Shown here in pieces: positions 1-12,568 of a stretch of 64,000 nucleotides of DNA (position 1 is the first letter of the stretch; each line of letters begins with the position of its first letter). The translations under genes and the position numbers were made by a program. The notes under the pieces are model-generated. The model did no database searches, was not told where the DNA came from, and worked only from the letters and a program-made list of their open reading frames with translations. This DNA is from Schizosaccharomyces osmophilus (lineage: Eukaryota). The stretch lies in NCBI RefSeq assembly GCF_027921745.1, contig NC_079240.1:1550001-1614000 (forward strand). Reading direction: 5' to 3'.

Positions 1-862
1 GCAGACATCAAACAAAAACAGCCACCCAAATAAAAGAAAAAGGGTTCTATGACAAAAACCGAAACAACGAATTAGGAGCAAAAAGTGGCTACGGGCAGCA
101 ACTCAAAAAGGTTAGAATAGAATTGGACCGTAGAAAATCAAGAGCAACAAAATGAAACTCTAGTTGGGATTGAATCAAAGAGCTATGTTTCTTATAACGG
201 AAAATCAGACCAAAGAACCACACGAGACGATTGAGTCGACCCAAGAAAGACCAAGGACTGTAGAGTTTAGCTAGGACGTTAGAACTTGCAAGATATCGGA
301 TCGTTCAAGAAACCGATCCACCGAACACAACGAATCTTATTCAAATAAAGAAGTCAATTCTTCTTGAAGCCAGTACAAACTTCGACTGCTTTCCACGATT
401 CCTACAAAATGGGTATCTCGTCTTTGGGTTTGTTTACATGGATAGTGAGGCGTTACGAGCTTGAAAATTTCTTTTCCCTGTCTATGACTAAGTACGATAT
501 CTACCGTCGTTCCTTCATCAAAGCAACAACTTCGGAAGTTCCTTAAGCCGGAAAACGTCTTAACAATTTTTTTAAATCTACCTTATCCCTTTCATCGTGC
601 ATCTTCTCGTCCGAACCTTGCGCTCTTACTCCGTTTTTCATTCATTTCTGTGTTATCTAATACTGTCTAAGCCGCTATACGATTCTACACAGTGGTTCGT
701 TGTGGTTCAGTAAACGTGCAGCTTTTGAGCCCGAAAGAATAGAGTAAATAAGTTAACCACTGCCATAACGAAGGAAAGAGCGGTGACTCAAAATCAGTTA
801 TAAACAACAATCTACTTTAAGTTTTTGCTTTCATTGTAAAGCAGGAAAAAAGTTAATTAGGA

Positions 863-1958
863 ATGGCAACTGAACTTCGTAGAAAACTGGTTATTGTGGG
901 AGACGGTGCATGTGGTAAAACATGTCTTTTAATGTAAGTATACGAGCTGGTTGTTGGGAAATAGGGCTTATTCAACGATGGCAAGCTGAATAAAGTGATT
1001 CTTCTCCATTTCATGTGATGTTTCGCTTGGTTTCTGAAGCAGAAATGCTTATTGACTTGTTCATGTTTAAAAGCTTTTTCGTTGGAAAGAGTATAGACTT
1101 TTCTGGGGCATATTCCAGTGACGCCACATGGATATAGAATGGACCGCTTCTTTCGAAAAGGGAGAGTGCCATGCTATAGTTTGAAAGGACTGAGGGCTTA
1201 TAAAGAAGGGATCGACAACTCGCATTTCTATAAGATGTTGGTTTGATTTGCATGAAAAGATAGTTGTCTTTTGTACTCTTTTGGTTTCTATTTCTGTTGA
1301 CTGCTTGTTTCTTTCAAAAGCTCTTTTCATTTTGCACCTTCTTTCAAACCCCGCTTGTTTCTCCAACTAGACTCGTATCTTTTGTTCTCTCAAGTTCCAA
1401 TCATTACTAACTTTCTATAGTGTGTTTTCAAAGGGCACCTTCCCAGAAGTTTATGTTCCCACTGTCTTTGAAAACTATGTTGCTGATGTAGAGGTTGATG
1501 GACGTCACGTAGAATTGGCCTTGTGGGATACTGCCGGTCAAGAAGATTATGACCGCTTGAGACCCTTGTCTTATCCGGACTCTCATGTTATTCTTATTTG
1601 TTTCGCTGTCGATTCTCCCGATTCCCTTGACAATGTCCAAGAGAAATGGATTTCCGAAGTCCTTCACTTCTGCTCTAGTCTCCCTATATTGCTTGTCGCT
1701 TGCAAGGCTGATTTGCGCCATGATCACAAGATCGTTGAAGAACTCTCCAAAACTCAACAACATCCTGTTAGTAGCGAAGAGGGTCAAACCGTCGCTCAGA
1801 AAATCGGTGCTTACAAGTATTTGGAATGCTCTGCCAAGACAAACGAGGGCGTTCGTGAAGTTTTCGAGTCTGCTACCCGTGCTGCTATGTTGAAGCACAA
1901 GCCAAAGACCAAGCCTTCCAGTGGTAGCAAAAAGAAGAAGCGTTGCATTTTGATGTAA
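863..1958 (+). CDS. rho1: Rho family GTPase Rho1; exons 863-933 and 1421-1958
   Basis: [24 protein letters not shown] joined to [28 protein letters not shown] motif; CAAX end CILM; intron 934-1420 GTAAGT...TACTAAC...TAG. Confidence 0.97.
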
Positions 1959-3453
1959 AGTGACTTTTCTATGGAATATCATCATATACTCTCCATTTAG
2001 ATAAATCGTTTCCGATTCTTTTTACTCTATCTTTATCCTCATATTTGTAATTTACCTGTACATTCCCTTTTGTCCCTTCTTGCTAGTTGCGTTTTATGGA
2101 TGGATGCTTTTCCGTGCGGCTTCTCTGTCGGTGGTGAGATGCATTCTTGTGTCTGGGTACGGCTTTTTATTGAATTTATCTCGGGTCGTCCTGTTGTGAG
2201 TTGTTTGGGTCCAAATTTATTTGGGTACGTTTCTGTCTCAGCTTTCTAAGCAACGCATTTATATTAGATTGCATGCGCTATTAGTAATCTCCTACTTTTC
2301 TTATTTCTTTGCTTCAGCATTCTCTTACGAGACTTGCTTTTTTTAACATTTCTTTGCATGATGAATATCCCTATTGCATGCCTCATTGTTCGTTTAAGAA
2401 CTTTTGAGAACCCTTATTGCTTAACTTTCTTTAAATAGTCGTCTAGCTTGGTTACTATTTTATATATCGGAAATCAAAAATCTGCTCAGTGAACATTAAG
2501 TTTATAGATTTCTGCCGAGTAAAAGAGGGCAGAGTAACTTACAGAGAACGCTGTTTGGGAAAACATACTACACTGATAGTAGATACACACTTTATGAGAC
2601 ATCAAGCAAACTCTTTGAATGACAAATCTTCATTCAATAACATTGCCTGTGTTTCTAGGTTTCATTTAAAAGAATTAGATATCCAAAAAATCTCTATTTT
2701 TGTAAGCGGGTTTAACCAGCGATATTGCATTTCTAGTGTCGTTTCATAGCAGGTAAAGAAGCCGTTCCTGCAAACCTACTTGGGTGCTGTAAATGTAGGT
2801 TTCAAGCAAAGAATTGAATCCTTGACAAAAATGAGTTTCAACATAGCTTTTGTAGCAAGATAGTACAAATTGACGACTTTGTTTTATGCGGGCAACAAAA
2901 CTATTCAGTTTGTGGTTACGTGTTTATTCAATTTCCAAGCATGTGGGTTTCAGGTCTCAAAAGCATGGGTTCCTATTTTGCACTACCAAACACTTAAACT
3001 CAAATTGTGAGTAGTCGTCGACACACAAGAATGCACTGTCTGTTTAAAAGGCTTCCACATACCCTTTTGTTAACGAATAGACCTTTACATATCAAGCTGA
3101 AAAGGCCGGTGCATAAATTTCTTACAAAAGCAAACGTAGTTGTACATTTTAGTGAAAGACCGACTCATAATACTTTATTAGCACTGACATCGCTTTTAAT
3201 CATCATTTATAAATGTTAGAATGTTCAAAACTTCTTATACAAAACGAACTGCAAATCATACATATCATCCATCATATTTATATTTACCCATTAAAATGAG
3301 CAAAACTAGCTTTGTAAAAACCAAGTCGATTTTTTTTTCTTTTTTTTCAAATAGCTAGAAATGCATACCATGTGGTGAGCATTTCTTTCTTTCTTTTTTC
3401 CATTTGAAAGGAAGGAATGCAGTTTTTCTGTTGGCAATAGAACACGTCAACAA

Positions 3454-3867
3454 ACGCGTCGCGTATCCCAAAGTACACGCAATCTAAATGAAACTGATCT
3501 GTTTGTGTAGCAACACTCACGTTAAGAGATTATCTGATTATTGTCTTGTGGATTCATACACGCAAATCTTATAAATGAAAAGAGATGTTTGATTTTTCTT
3601 TATTAATTTCTGTCTTTTTTTTACGCGACAAAAAAATGGGTTTTCTTTCATATAGGCACATTAAATGGTTTTAGTAGATCGGTAATGTGAGTATTGAAAG
3701 GAGTGATTCCACAAACAACTTATAATTCTGTTTTATATTATTTTGACTCAAAATTAAATTTATAAGTTCGTTCCATGTGGTTTGTTTACATCGGATGCTT
3801 CGAACATCATGTTGTAATGACGCGTCGCGTATATTATTTAATATGAGCGCGACGCGTACAGGCGCGT
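3454..3867. promoter_or_regulatory. MCB (ACGCGT) clusters of the cdc22 promoter, plus a forkhead motif
   Basis: ACGCGTCGCGT at 3454-3464 and 3820-3830, GCGCGACGCGT at 3847-3857, GCGCGT at about 3862-3867, TGTTTAC at 3783-3789; TATA-like run at about 3878-3886. Confidence 0.9.
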
Positions 3868-3923
3868 TCTCGTTTGCTATATATAATCCACCATTCCCAA
3901 CGCAAATGTTCTAAACAAAAACA

Positions 3924-6651
3924 ATGTTTGTCTATAAGAGAGGTATGTAAATTTTCAAAGCCATTTGAGCAGGAGAATCCGTTTGAATGAATAGTACCAA
4001 CGGACTTTGTGTTTTCACGAATGTTTCAAGATTGCTAGTTCTTCTCGTGAGGATTAGTGAAAAAAAAAAAAAAAAGAAAGAGAACTTGCACTTTTGTTGG
4101 TTTCTTTCATATGCTTTATTATAAAAACGGATCTCTTGACTGACTGTAAATGGGCATCGTACCAGGTCCAGTGGCGGATAGTGTGCCTTTTTGCAACTAT
4201 GGAGGTGTTTTGAAGCTGAGCTAACGTGTTCTTTTAGACGGACACCAGGAAAAGGTTGCATTTGATAAAATCACAGCTCGTGTTTCAAGACTTTGCTATG
4301 GTCTTGACTCCGATCATGTGGATCCTGTGGCCATCACTCAAAAGGTCATCTCAGGTGTCTATCCCGGTGTAACAACTGTGGAATTGGACAATTTGGCCGC
4401 TGAAACTGCTGCTACTATGACCACAAAGCATCCTGACTATGCTATCCTTGCTGCAAGAATTGCAGTTTCCAACTTACATAAGCAAACAGATAAGGCTTTC
4501 TCTGTCGTTACGCAAAAACTTCACGATTATGTTAATCCAAAGACTGGAAAACATGCTCCTATGATTTCTGATGAAGTATATAGCATTATTATGAAGCACA
4601 AGGACGAATTGGATAGTGCTATCATTTATGACCGTGATTTCACATATAACTTTTTTGGTTTTAAGACATTGGAGCGCTCCTACTTATTGCGCATCAACGG
4701 AAAGGTTGCCGAGCGTCCTCAGCACCTGATTATGCGTGTGGCCGTCGGTATCCATGGTGAAGATATTGAAGCTGCCCTTGAAACTTACAACTTGATGTCT
4801 TTACGTTACTTTACTCATGCGTCCCCTACTCTCTTTAATGCGGGTACTCCTCGCCCTCAAATGTCTTCTTGTTTCCTTGTTACAATGAAGGATGATTCTA
4901 TTGACGGTATTTATGATACTCTTAAAACTTGTGCTATGATTTCCAAGACTGCTGGCGGTATTGGTATCAACATGCATAACATTAGGGCTACTGGTTCCTA
5001 TATTGCTGGTACCAATGGTACATCTAATGGTCTCGTTCCTATGATTCGTGTCTTCAACAACACTGCTCGCTATGTCGACCAAGGTGGTAACAAACGTCCA
5101 GGTGCTTTCGCTGCTTACCTTGAGCCTTGGCACGCTGATATCATGGAGTTCCTTGACCTTAGAAAAACTCACGGAAAGGAAGATTTCCGCGCTCGTGAAA
5201 TGTTTTATGCCCTTTGGATTCCAGACTTATTCATGCGTCGTGTGGAGAGGAATGAGTCATGGACCTTCTTCTGTCCCAATGAGGCACCTGGCTTAGCCGA
5301 TGTATGGGGTGAAGAATTTGAAGCTCTGTATGAAAAGTATGAAAAGACGAATCGCGGACGTCGTCAATTGCCCGCTCAAAAGGTATGGTACGCTATTTTG
5401 CAATCTCAAACTGAGACTGGTAATCCTTTTATGCTGTACAAAGATTCATGCAATCGCAAGTCAAATCAAAAGAACTTAGGTACCATTCGCTGTTCCAACT
5501 TGTGCACGGAAATTATTGAATATTCCGCTCCCGATGAAGTTGCCGTTTGTAACCTTGCTTCAATTGCTTTGCCTAGTTTTATAAAGGATGGCAAGTACAA
5601 CTTCCAAAAGCTTCACGATGTAGCTAAGGTCGTTACTCGCAATTTGAACAAGATTATTGACATTAACTATTATCCTGTACCTGAAGCCCGCAAAAGCAAC
5701 TTCCGCCACCGCCCTATTGGTTTAGGTGTGCAAGGTCTTGCTGATGCTTTCTTTGCACTTCGCCTTCCCTTCGAATCTGCTGGTGCTAAGAAGCTGAACA
5801 TTCAAATCTTTGAAACTATTTATCATGCGGCTGTAGAGTCCTCTACTGAATTGGCTGAAAAGCACGGTCCTTACGAGAGTTATGAAGGCTCTCCTGCTTC
5901 CCAAGGTGCTTTGCAGTATGATATGTGGAACGTTACTCCTACTGACTTGTGGGACTGGGCTGCTTTGAAGGCCAAGGTAGCTAAGAATGGTTTATATAAC
6001 TCTTTGTTGGTTGCTCCCATGCCTACTGCATCTACTTCTCAGATTCTTGGTTTCAACGAATGTTTTGAGCCTTACACTTCTAACATGTATCAACGCCGTG
6101 TACTTTCAGGTGAATTTCAAATCGTCAACCCTTGGTTGTTGAAGGATCTTGTTGATCGCGACTTGTGGAACGAAGAGATGAAGAACAAACTTGTCATGCT
6201 CGATGGTTCTATTCAAGCTATCCCTGAGATTCCTCAAGATCTTAAAGACCTCTATAAGACTGTTTGGGAAATCAGTCAAAAGACTGTCATTGACTATGCT
6301 GCTGATCGTGGTCCTTTCATCGATCAATCTCAAAGTTTAAATGTTCACTTGAAGGACCCTTCTTATGGTAAGATTACCAGTATGCACTTTTATGGCTGGA
6401 AGAAGGGCTTAAAAACTGGTATGTACTATTTGCGTACTATGGCTGCTGCTTCTGCCATCAAGTTTACTGTTGATCCTATGATCCTTCGTGAACGTAACAA
6501 GCAAGTTGCCCAAGAGAATCGTGCTCCTGCTAAGAATGGAAAGGCTGAAAAGAAGGAGGAAAAGGATTCTGATGAGGCTGACATTTATAATGAACAAGTC
6601 ATTGCTTGCTCCATTAATAATCCCGAATCATGTGAGATGTGTTCTGCTTAA
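3924..6651 (+). CDS. cdc22: Ribonucleotide reductase large subunit; exons 3924-3942 and 4238-6651
   Basis: [22 protein letters not shown]-cone start; SSCFL and SNLCTEI catalytic motifs; C-terminal CEMCSA; intron 3943-4237 GTATGT...GCTAAC...TAG. Confidence 0.97.
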
Positions 6652-7295
6652 AAAATTTAAAAAGCTTTGATTTGCTTTTGTTATGAATAACTTTCATTTG
6701 ATGTATATTATAGGTAACCTTCGTTGGTTTTACTGTCTTTCCTTTTTCTGTTTTAGTGAGCTGGCTCCGATCATTTAAGTTAAGTTTTGAAATTGAGATT
6801 TTATTAAGTAAATAAAATTTTTAAAATAATGGACTAAAATTTTATTTTATGGATAAAAGTTTAGTAGTCAGTATCCAACACTCTTATGAGTATGTAAGTA
6901 TATCTGTAAGGCGCATTGAATATGTTGCCTTACCACAGTAGCTATAATGACAAAACGAAACACCATGATTAGTTGGATAGTTGCGGAATCTGAAGAAACA
7001 TTTTTATTAATACAGCAGTTGGTATATGGTAAGTTTATACAATCTTAGCGAAAGATTGTTTTTTTGTCATGATGATCGCAATAGCATCATTATTTTGATA
7101 AAAACAAGTTAGCATATATTTTCGTAATGCAAACTATTATATGGCAAGGTATGAGGTTTGCAAAAAATATAGTTAATTAGTTGGGTCGTTTGGTTTCATC
7201 TCTTCGTTGTTGGTTGATTTATTGCCAAAGCAGGTAGACACAGTTGCAGTGTTGATTTTGAAGACGCAAACAGAGGGAACACTCAAGAATTAAGT

Positions 7296-8042
7296 ATGGA
7301 TGGAACAGTAGGGCAGGAAATACCTTCACTTTCAGGAAGAGCTCTAATCCTAGTGACAAGTTATAATGGCCCATTTTATGACGACGGCGACCTTACAGGA
7401 GTATACTATCCAGAGATATATGGACTCTTTCAGGTTCTCGAGAGCAATGGGTTTGATGTTGATTTTGCTTCTGACACTGGAGAGTATGGATTCGATTGCA
7501 AATCACTACAGGAATCTTGTACTACGAAGGAAGCTTTGGATGTCCTCGATGATCCGAAGAGTATGCTGGTAGTTAAATTGAAGACAATATCTCGCTTGAG
7601 TCGCCTCAACCCTGATGACTACGATGCAGTGATCGTTTCGGGAGGATACGGATGCTATTTCAACTATTCCCATTGCAAAGACGGTCGAGAGTTTATGAGA
7701 GCTATGTTTCGAAAAAATAAGACTATTGCTACAGTTGCTGAAGGTGTTTTGTTATTGGCTTACACTACAAGAGACGATGGTCATACCCTGTGTTGGAATC
7801 GAAGGATAACCAGTTGTACTTGGAGAGATTCGATTCAAAATGGGGTGCACGATATATTAAAGAGATTGCATTTTCCTTCCATCGAGGATATATCCAATGA
7901 AAGTGGTGCTATCTTTCAAAATCCGCCGGTGTTTCATACAGATGGTTTTGTTGTCGAGGATGGAAACATCATAACTGGATCGAACAGAAATAGCGCTGAG
8001 CTGGTTGCTCAGAAAGTTGTGGAAAACTTGAAATACAACTAG
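7296..8042 (+). CDS. hsp3105: DJ-1/ThiJ/PfpI (Hsp31-like) protein lacking the nucleophile Cys
   Basis: TSYNGPFY...TGVYYPE, SGGYG and VVEDGNIITGSN are Hsp31-family motifs; position next to cdc22 as recalled for S. pombe. Confidence 0.8.
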   Translation: MDGTVGQEIPSLSGRALILVTSYNGPFYDDGDLTGVYYPEIYGLFQVLESNGFDVDFASDTGEYGFDCKSLQESCTTKEALDVLDDPKSMLVVKLKTISRLSRLNPDDYDAVIVSGGYGCYFNYSHCKDGREFMRAMFRKNKTIATVAEGVLLLAYTTRDDGHTLCWNRRITSCTWRDSIQNGVHDILKRLHFPSIEDISNESGAIFQNPPVFHTDGFVVEDGNIITGSNRNSAELVAQKVVENLKYN

Positions 8043-8853
8043 GTAAACCAGAGACCATGATGAAATTTTGGCACATTCTCATCCCAAATTCTTGTCGAAG
8101 GGTGTAAGTCCTTATATTTACTAAAGCATACACCGCAAAATTACAATATGCTCGCTTGCTTTTATTTAGATTTTTACGTGTTTTCATTTCGAAATTAAAC
8201 TTTGTGGAATTAGTTGTTATTTTCCTTTTGGCGGCTGCAAGAAAAGTCTCATCGTGTTCGGCTTTAATCCAAAACCAAATGTGAATAAAAGGTATTGAAA
8301 TTGTCAGGCTCGTATGGAAGACTAAGTTTTCTCAGCGGAGTTCATGCAGTAAACATTCGCAAAACTTGCAAAGCTTTGATTTAAAAAGGGCAGATTTATC
8401 AATAATCGACTCGTTCAAGTTAATTCTTATTACCATGAGATTTATCTCGAATTTTCATATTGAAACCCACTATAATTTTTATCGTTCGCTTGAAAAAATG
8501 CGGATAATAACAAGCAAACAAAAATGAGTACTCAGTTTAGTACTTGTTTTGTTGACTATGAATACAAATCACTTAGGAGATGAAAATAATAATCCTAGCA
8601 GTATCTGGTCATTTGTCGTTTGGTGCCCTTTCCGGTCTTTCGTTGTTTGTTGCAAAGGCAAATACCCCCATACTGCATAATATTTGGATAATAAAGAAGG
8701 ATTTTATTCTATTTTAATATCATATGTGCTGCTGCAAATGTTTAGGATGAACAATTTCCTGAGATTAAAGACAATGGAATTATGAAAGATGGACATCGAG
8801 TTATCACTAGTAAGAAATCCCCCAAAAAAAAAAGAAAGGAAAAAGAATCTATT

Positions 8854-10680
8854 TTACATGTCAGACGGGGGTATCATTAATTTTGCTGCATTTTCTTCTG
8901 CAGCTGCTTTGATATCTTCTTCATCGTCAAGCTCCTCGGTGGGCAAAGGATGCACTTGCATGCCATAAAAGATTATACTTCCCATACCAATACAAGCTGA
9001 TAAAACGCACATGGCCATTGTGGCGATGGCTTTTGATGTCCAGCCAGCAGGCATTTCACCGGGAGGAGCAGGAGCGCCAGTCAAATTGGAAATATTGTAA
9101 GCGTTTCCAGCACCGTTACCTGAAATATCAATATTTTGCATCACACACTGATGGCGGACAAATTCGGGAGCAGTTATTTCGGGGACTCGATCGGGTGCCT
9201 CCAGAAATGTTGCAACCAAACCACTTTCCATGTGCCATTCTATATGACAATGTAAAAGCCAAGCACCGGGATTGTCAGCCAAAAAGCGAAGACGAACAAA
9301 ACTTACGGGAGGAATTTCGATGGTGTCACGGCGAACAGGATGGTCGTAGACTTTATGCTCGGTTTGGTCGCTATATTCACCAGCGTTCTCTTCACCTCGT
9401 TCTAAAACTTGGAAAACGTGGCCATGTAGATGGAAAGGATGTTTGCCGGTATCATGGTTATCGATAACAACGTCAACAGTTTGATTGTAATCGAATACAA
9501 AGGCATTGGTATAGGGTCCATAGGTGACGGGTTTCGTGTTGTAATCATCATAGTTAGTAGAATTGGCGATCATAAGGCCAGGAACCTTTGGGTATTTGAA
9601 TGATTTTTCATTGATTTCAGCATAGCTTGCTCCATCTCCAAGGGTAAAGAAATCAAACCAGAGAGAGACGTTGTGATCGGCCTCTCCCCAATAAACATCG
9701 TACAAAGGTTGTAACTCTGCATCATCATAGCTGTCAATTTCATCGACAGGGGTTGCGTAGTTATAAGTGGTTTCGGAATTGTATGAGAGCCAAGCGGTTA
9801 CGTTTGGATTATAATTTTTAGGGACTTGATCAAAGAGGGATTCGTCCATATAAGCGGTCATGGCATAGTTACGGTCGGTGGAATTTTTAGCTGTCACGAG
9901 AACACTGTAACGTTGAGCAGTGGTTATGTGAATAGAGGATACTTCTTGAGGATTTGTGTATTCACCATCGACTTCGATGATGGTCATGTTGTGATCCTCG
10001 AGCATAATGTCATAGTTGTTGAATGCGCCCAGATTGACAAAACGGAATCGATACGTTTTTCCCGGTTCCATTTTGAAGGTAGAGTTAACGCCATCATTGA
10101 TGAGGCCGGTGTCGGGGACAGGTTCCGCACCGGTTGGGTTGTGCCAAGTTACGAATTGTTCAGGAACGAGTTTGTAAAAGGGTTCATAATACCAGTCGGT
10201 CAAGCTGATAATATAATCCTCGTCGTAGTCGTACGGCTCGTTAGGATTGTTAATAACAAATGAAGTACGAAGACCATCGGGATATTGACTCATATCGTGA
10301 GAGTGGACCCAATAAGTACCGTTTTGGACAGCAGTAAAATTGTAGTAAAAGGTAGAGCCAGCAGGGATAGAGCATTGAGTCATTTGTGGAACACCATCCA
10401 TATAACCATTATGGCGCTGAAACATGCCATGGGAATGCAAGCTACAAGTTCGATTGTCGCGGAGATGATTGCTCATTTTGATGATCACTTGGTCGCCATA
10501 GTCGACGACCGGTGGTTCAATGGGCCATTGGTTATTGACACCCATAACCCAGCGAGGATGGCCTGATTTATCAACGTCCAAATTATCTATGTCTGTGACA
10601 TTCCATTCAAACAAGCGGGTTTTAGCAAGAGCAGTTTCCAAAAGCGCGGACACGACGAGCACGAAAAAAATAAGAGACAT
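8854..10680 (-). CDS. fio1: Iron-transport multicopper oxidase (Fet3-like)
   Basis: Signal peptide MSLIFFVLVVS; Cu ligands HSHG, WVHSH, HPFHLHGH, HCHIEWH; C-terminal TM helix. Confidence 0.95.
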   Translation of the reverse strand: MSLIFFVLVVSALLETALAKTRLFEWNVTDIDNLDVDKSGHPRWVMGVNNQWPIEPPVVDYGDQVIIKMSNHLRDNRTCSLHSHGMFQRHNGYMDGVPQMTQCSIPAGSTFYYNFTAVQNGTYWVHSHDMSQYPDGLRTSFVINNPNEPYDYDEDYIISLTDWYYEPFYKLVPEQFVTWHNPTGAEPVPDTGLINDGVNSTFKMEPGKTYRFRFVNLGAFNNYDIMLEDHNMTIIEVDGEYTNPQEVSSIHITTAQRYSVLVTAKNSTDRNYAMTAYMDESLFDQVPKNYNPNVTAWLSYNSETTYNYATPVDEIDSYDDAELQPLYDVYWGEADHNVSLWFDFFTLGDGASYAEINEKSFKYPKVPGLMIANSTNYDDYNTKPVTYGPYTNAFVFDYNQTVDVVIDNHDTGKHPFHLHGHVFQVLERGEENAGEYSDQTEHKVYDHPVRRDTIEIPPVSFVRLRFLADNPGAWLLHCHIEWHMESGLVATFLEAPDRVPEITAPEFVRHQCVMQNIDISGNGAGNAYNISNLTGAPAPPGEMPAGWTSKAIATMAMCVLSACIGMGSIIFYGMQVHPLPTEELDDEEDIKAAAEENAAKLMIPPSDM

Positions 10681-10949
10681 TGGAAATAAAAAACCGAAAA
10701 AGGAGTATAGCTTCAAAGAGTCAGAGATATGCGACAGAAAATAAAAAATAAAAATAAAAAACACAAATGAAAGAGAAGGGTATATGAAAAAACAGAGAAG
10801 TCCGATCAATGCTATGCCAATGAAAATAAAGAAAACAATAAATAATAAAAATGAGCCAGAACAACTATAAAAAATATAAAAAATAAAACTTAAGCGTAAT
10901 ACGCACTGTTCGAAGGACTCTTGGTGGTTTTTCTTTTAAAACGGGCTTG

Positions 10950-11228
10950 ATCAGATATCCAAGACTGGGACATCGCTGCCGTGGGGACTGTTATATACCC
11001 AAGGTGAGCTGATCTGATTATTTTTTCCAGATTGCGAATAATGTCTATATCTTCACTTCTCCTCTTTTGATAATCTGATAGTGCAATATGAACATCCGAA
11101 TAGCCAATCGGAAAATTTGCAGCGACGTAAATAAATTATCAGATCATCCCATGTGAAACCAGCATTCCCAGCTTAAAGTGTTTATAATGGAGTGGAGGCC
11201 CACCATGAAAAGGTGCTGCATATCAGAT
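10950..11228. promoter_or_regulatory. Fep1-type iron-responsive GATA elements (ATCWGATA) in the divergent fio1/fip1 promoter
   Basis: ATCAGATA 10950-10957; TGATAATCTGATAG 11068-11081; TTATCAGAT 11136-11144; TATCAGAT 11221-11228; CCAAT 11104-11108. Confidence 0.85.
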
Positions 11229-11407
11229 TTTGAGTAGAGAAATTAGGATTCGTTAACTTGGTAAAGTGATAGAAACCGAGGTGGACTGTCGCAGTATTTT
11301 TGTCTTGTTGAATCAGTGTAAACAAACGGTAAAAGAACGAATTTTTATGAAATAATTGGAAAAGAACGAAAAGACCTAAAGGAAGTGAAAAGAAACGTAA
11401 ACGAAAT

Positions 11408-12568
11408 ATGGGAAATAATGTATTTTCAGTGCCGATTTACTTTATTGTGCTTCGGGAGACGCTAGAGGCGTCTATCATTGTGTCTGTACTCATGTCGTTC
11501 ATTTCGCAAACGCTGACCAACGCTGAGGGAAAAGTGTCAGACCCAAAGCTAAAGCGTAGATTCACGATTCAAGTTTGGGTTGGGTCATTTATCGCCTTAT
11601 TTATTTGTCTAGCTATCGGTGGTGGGTTTATTGGTGCCTTTTACGCACTAGGAAAAGACCTTTGGGGAAGTTCGGAGGAAATCTGGGAAGGTGTATTTTC
11701 ACTCGTTGCTGTCATTTTGATTACAGTGATGGGATTTGCAATGCTTCGTGTTTCCCATCTTCAAGACAAATGGAGAAAAAAGCTCATGCGCAGTATCGCG
11801 AATCGAAAGGCCCGTGGTATTGGTAGTTGGAGCAAAAAGTATGCTATGTTTTTGCTTCCTTTCTTTACAGTCCTACGTGAAGGTCTTGAGGTCGTCGTTT
11901 TCGTCGGCGGTGTCGGATTGGAAACACCGGCCACTGCGTTTCCCCTGCCTGTTGTCTGTGGTCTCATCACCGGTTGCTTGATTGGTTATTTCATTTTTAA
12001 GGGTGGTAACGTTTTGAACCTGCAGTGGTTCTTGATTGCTTCTACTTGTATTCTGTATTTGATTTCGGCTGGTCTCATGGCTAAGGCTGTCTTTTACTTT
12101 GAGGTCGATAAATATAGTCGTGCTACCGGAGGCGACTCGGCTGAATTGGGCGATGGGCCTGGTTCCTATCCTTTCCAGCAAGCAATTTGGCACGTCAACT
12201 ATGGTAATCCCGAAACGAACTCCAATGGTGGATACATGATTTTCAATGCCATCTTGGGTTGGATAAACACCGGTACGTATGGTACCATTCTTAGCTATAT
12301 CATTTACTGGCTAGCTGTTACTACTTGCATGATGGTTATGTGGTGGAGAGAACGTCGTTCCGCTCAACGCGCTCACAAATGCGCTCGTGATGCTGGTTCA
12401 AAGGGCGACAAGGAACAGGATCTCGAGGCAGCGAAATCTTCTAATTCTACACCTAGTATATCATCGAAAAGCCCTTCCTTTGAAATTCAAGAAAAGGAAG
12501 CTACCAAAGAAGCAGAAGAGGAAATCAAGCAACCCGATGTTATTACGCAAGTCCGTCAAACTGCTTAA
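11408..12568 (+). CDS. fip1: High-affinity iron permease (Ftr1-like)
   Basis: Two RExLE motifs (LRETLE, LREGLE), multiple TM helices, divergent from fio1. Confidence 0.95.
   Translation: MGNNVFSVPIYFIVLRETLEASIIVSVLMSFISQTLTNAEGKVSDPKLKRRFTIQVWVGSFIALFICLAIGGGFIGAFYALGKDLWGSSEEIWEGVFSLVAVILITVMGFAMLRVSHLQDKWRKKLMRSIANRKARGIGSWSKKYAMFLLPFFTVLREGLEVVVFVGGVGLETPATAFPLPVVCGLITGCLIGYFIFKGGNVLNLQWFLIASTCILYLISAGLMAKAVFYFEVDKYSRATGGDSAELGDGPGSYPFQQAIWHVNYGNPETNSNGGYMIFNAILGWINTGTYGTILSYIIYWLAVTTCMMVMWWRERRSAQRAHKCARDAGSKGDKEQDLEAAKSSNSTPSISSKSPSFEIQEKEATKEAEEEIKQPDVITQVRQTA

Noticed and set aside
1..860. Short ORF 364-546 and sequence upstream of rho1
   Set aside because: Non-ATG start and no recognisable coding signal; probably promoter/UTR
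8535..8565. TTAGTACTTGTTTTGTTGAC, faintly similar to the 5S box-C region, as a possible second 5S relic at the inversion edge
   Set aside because: Similarity is too short and does not extend
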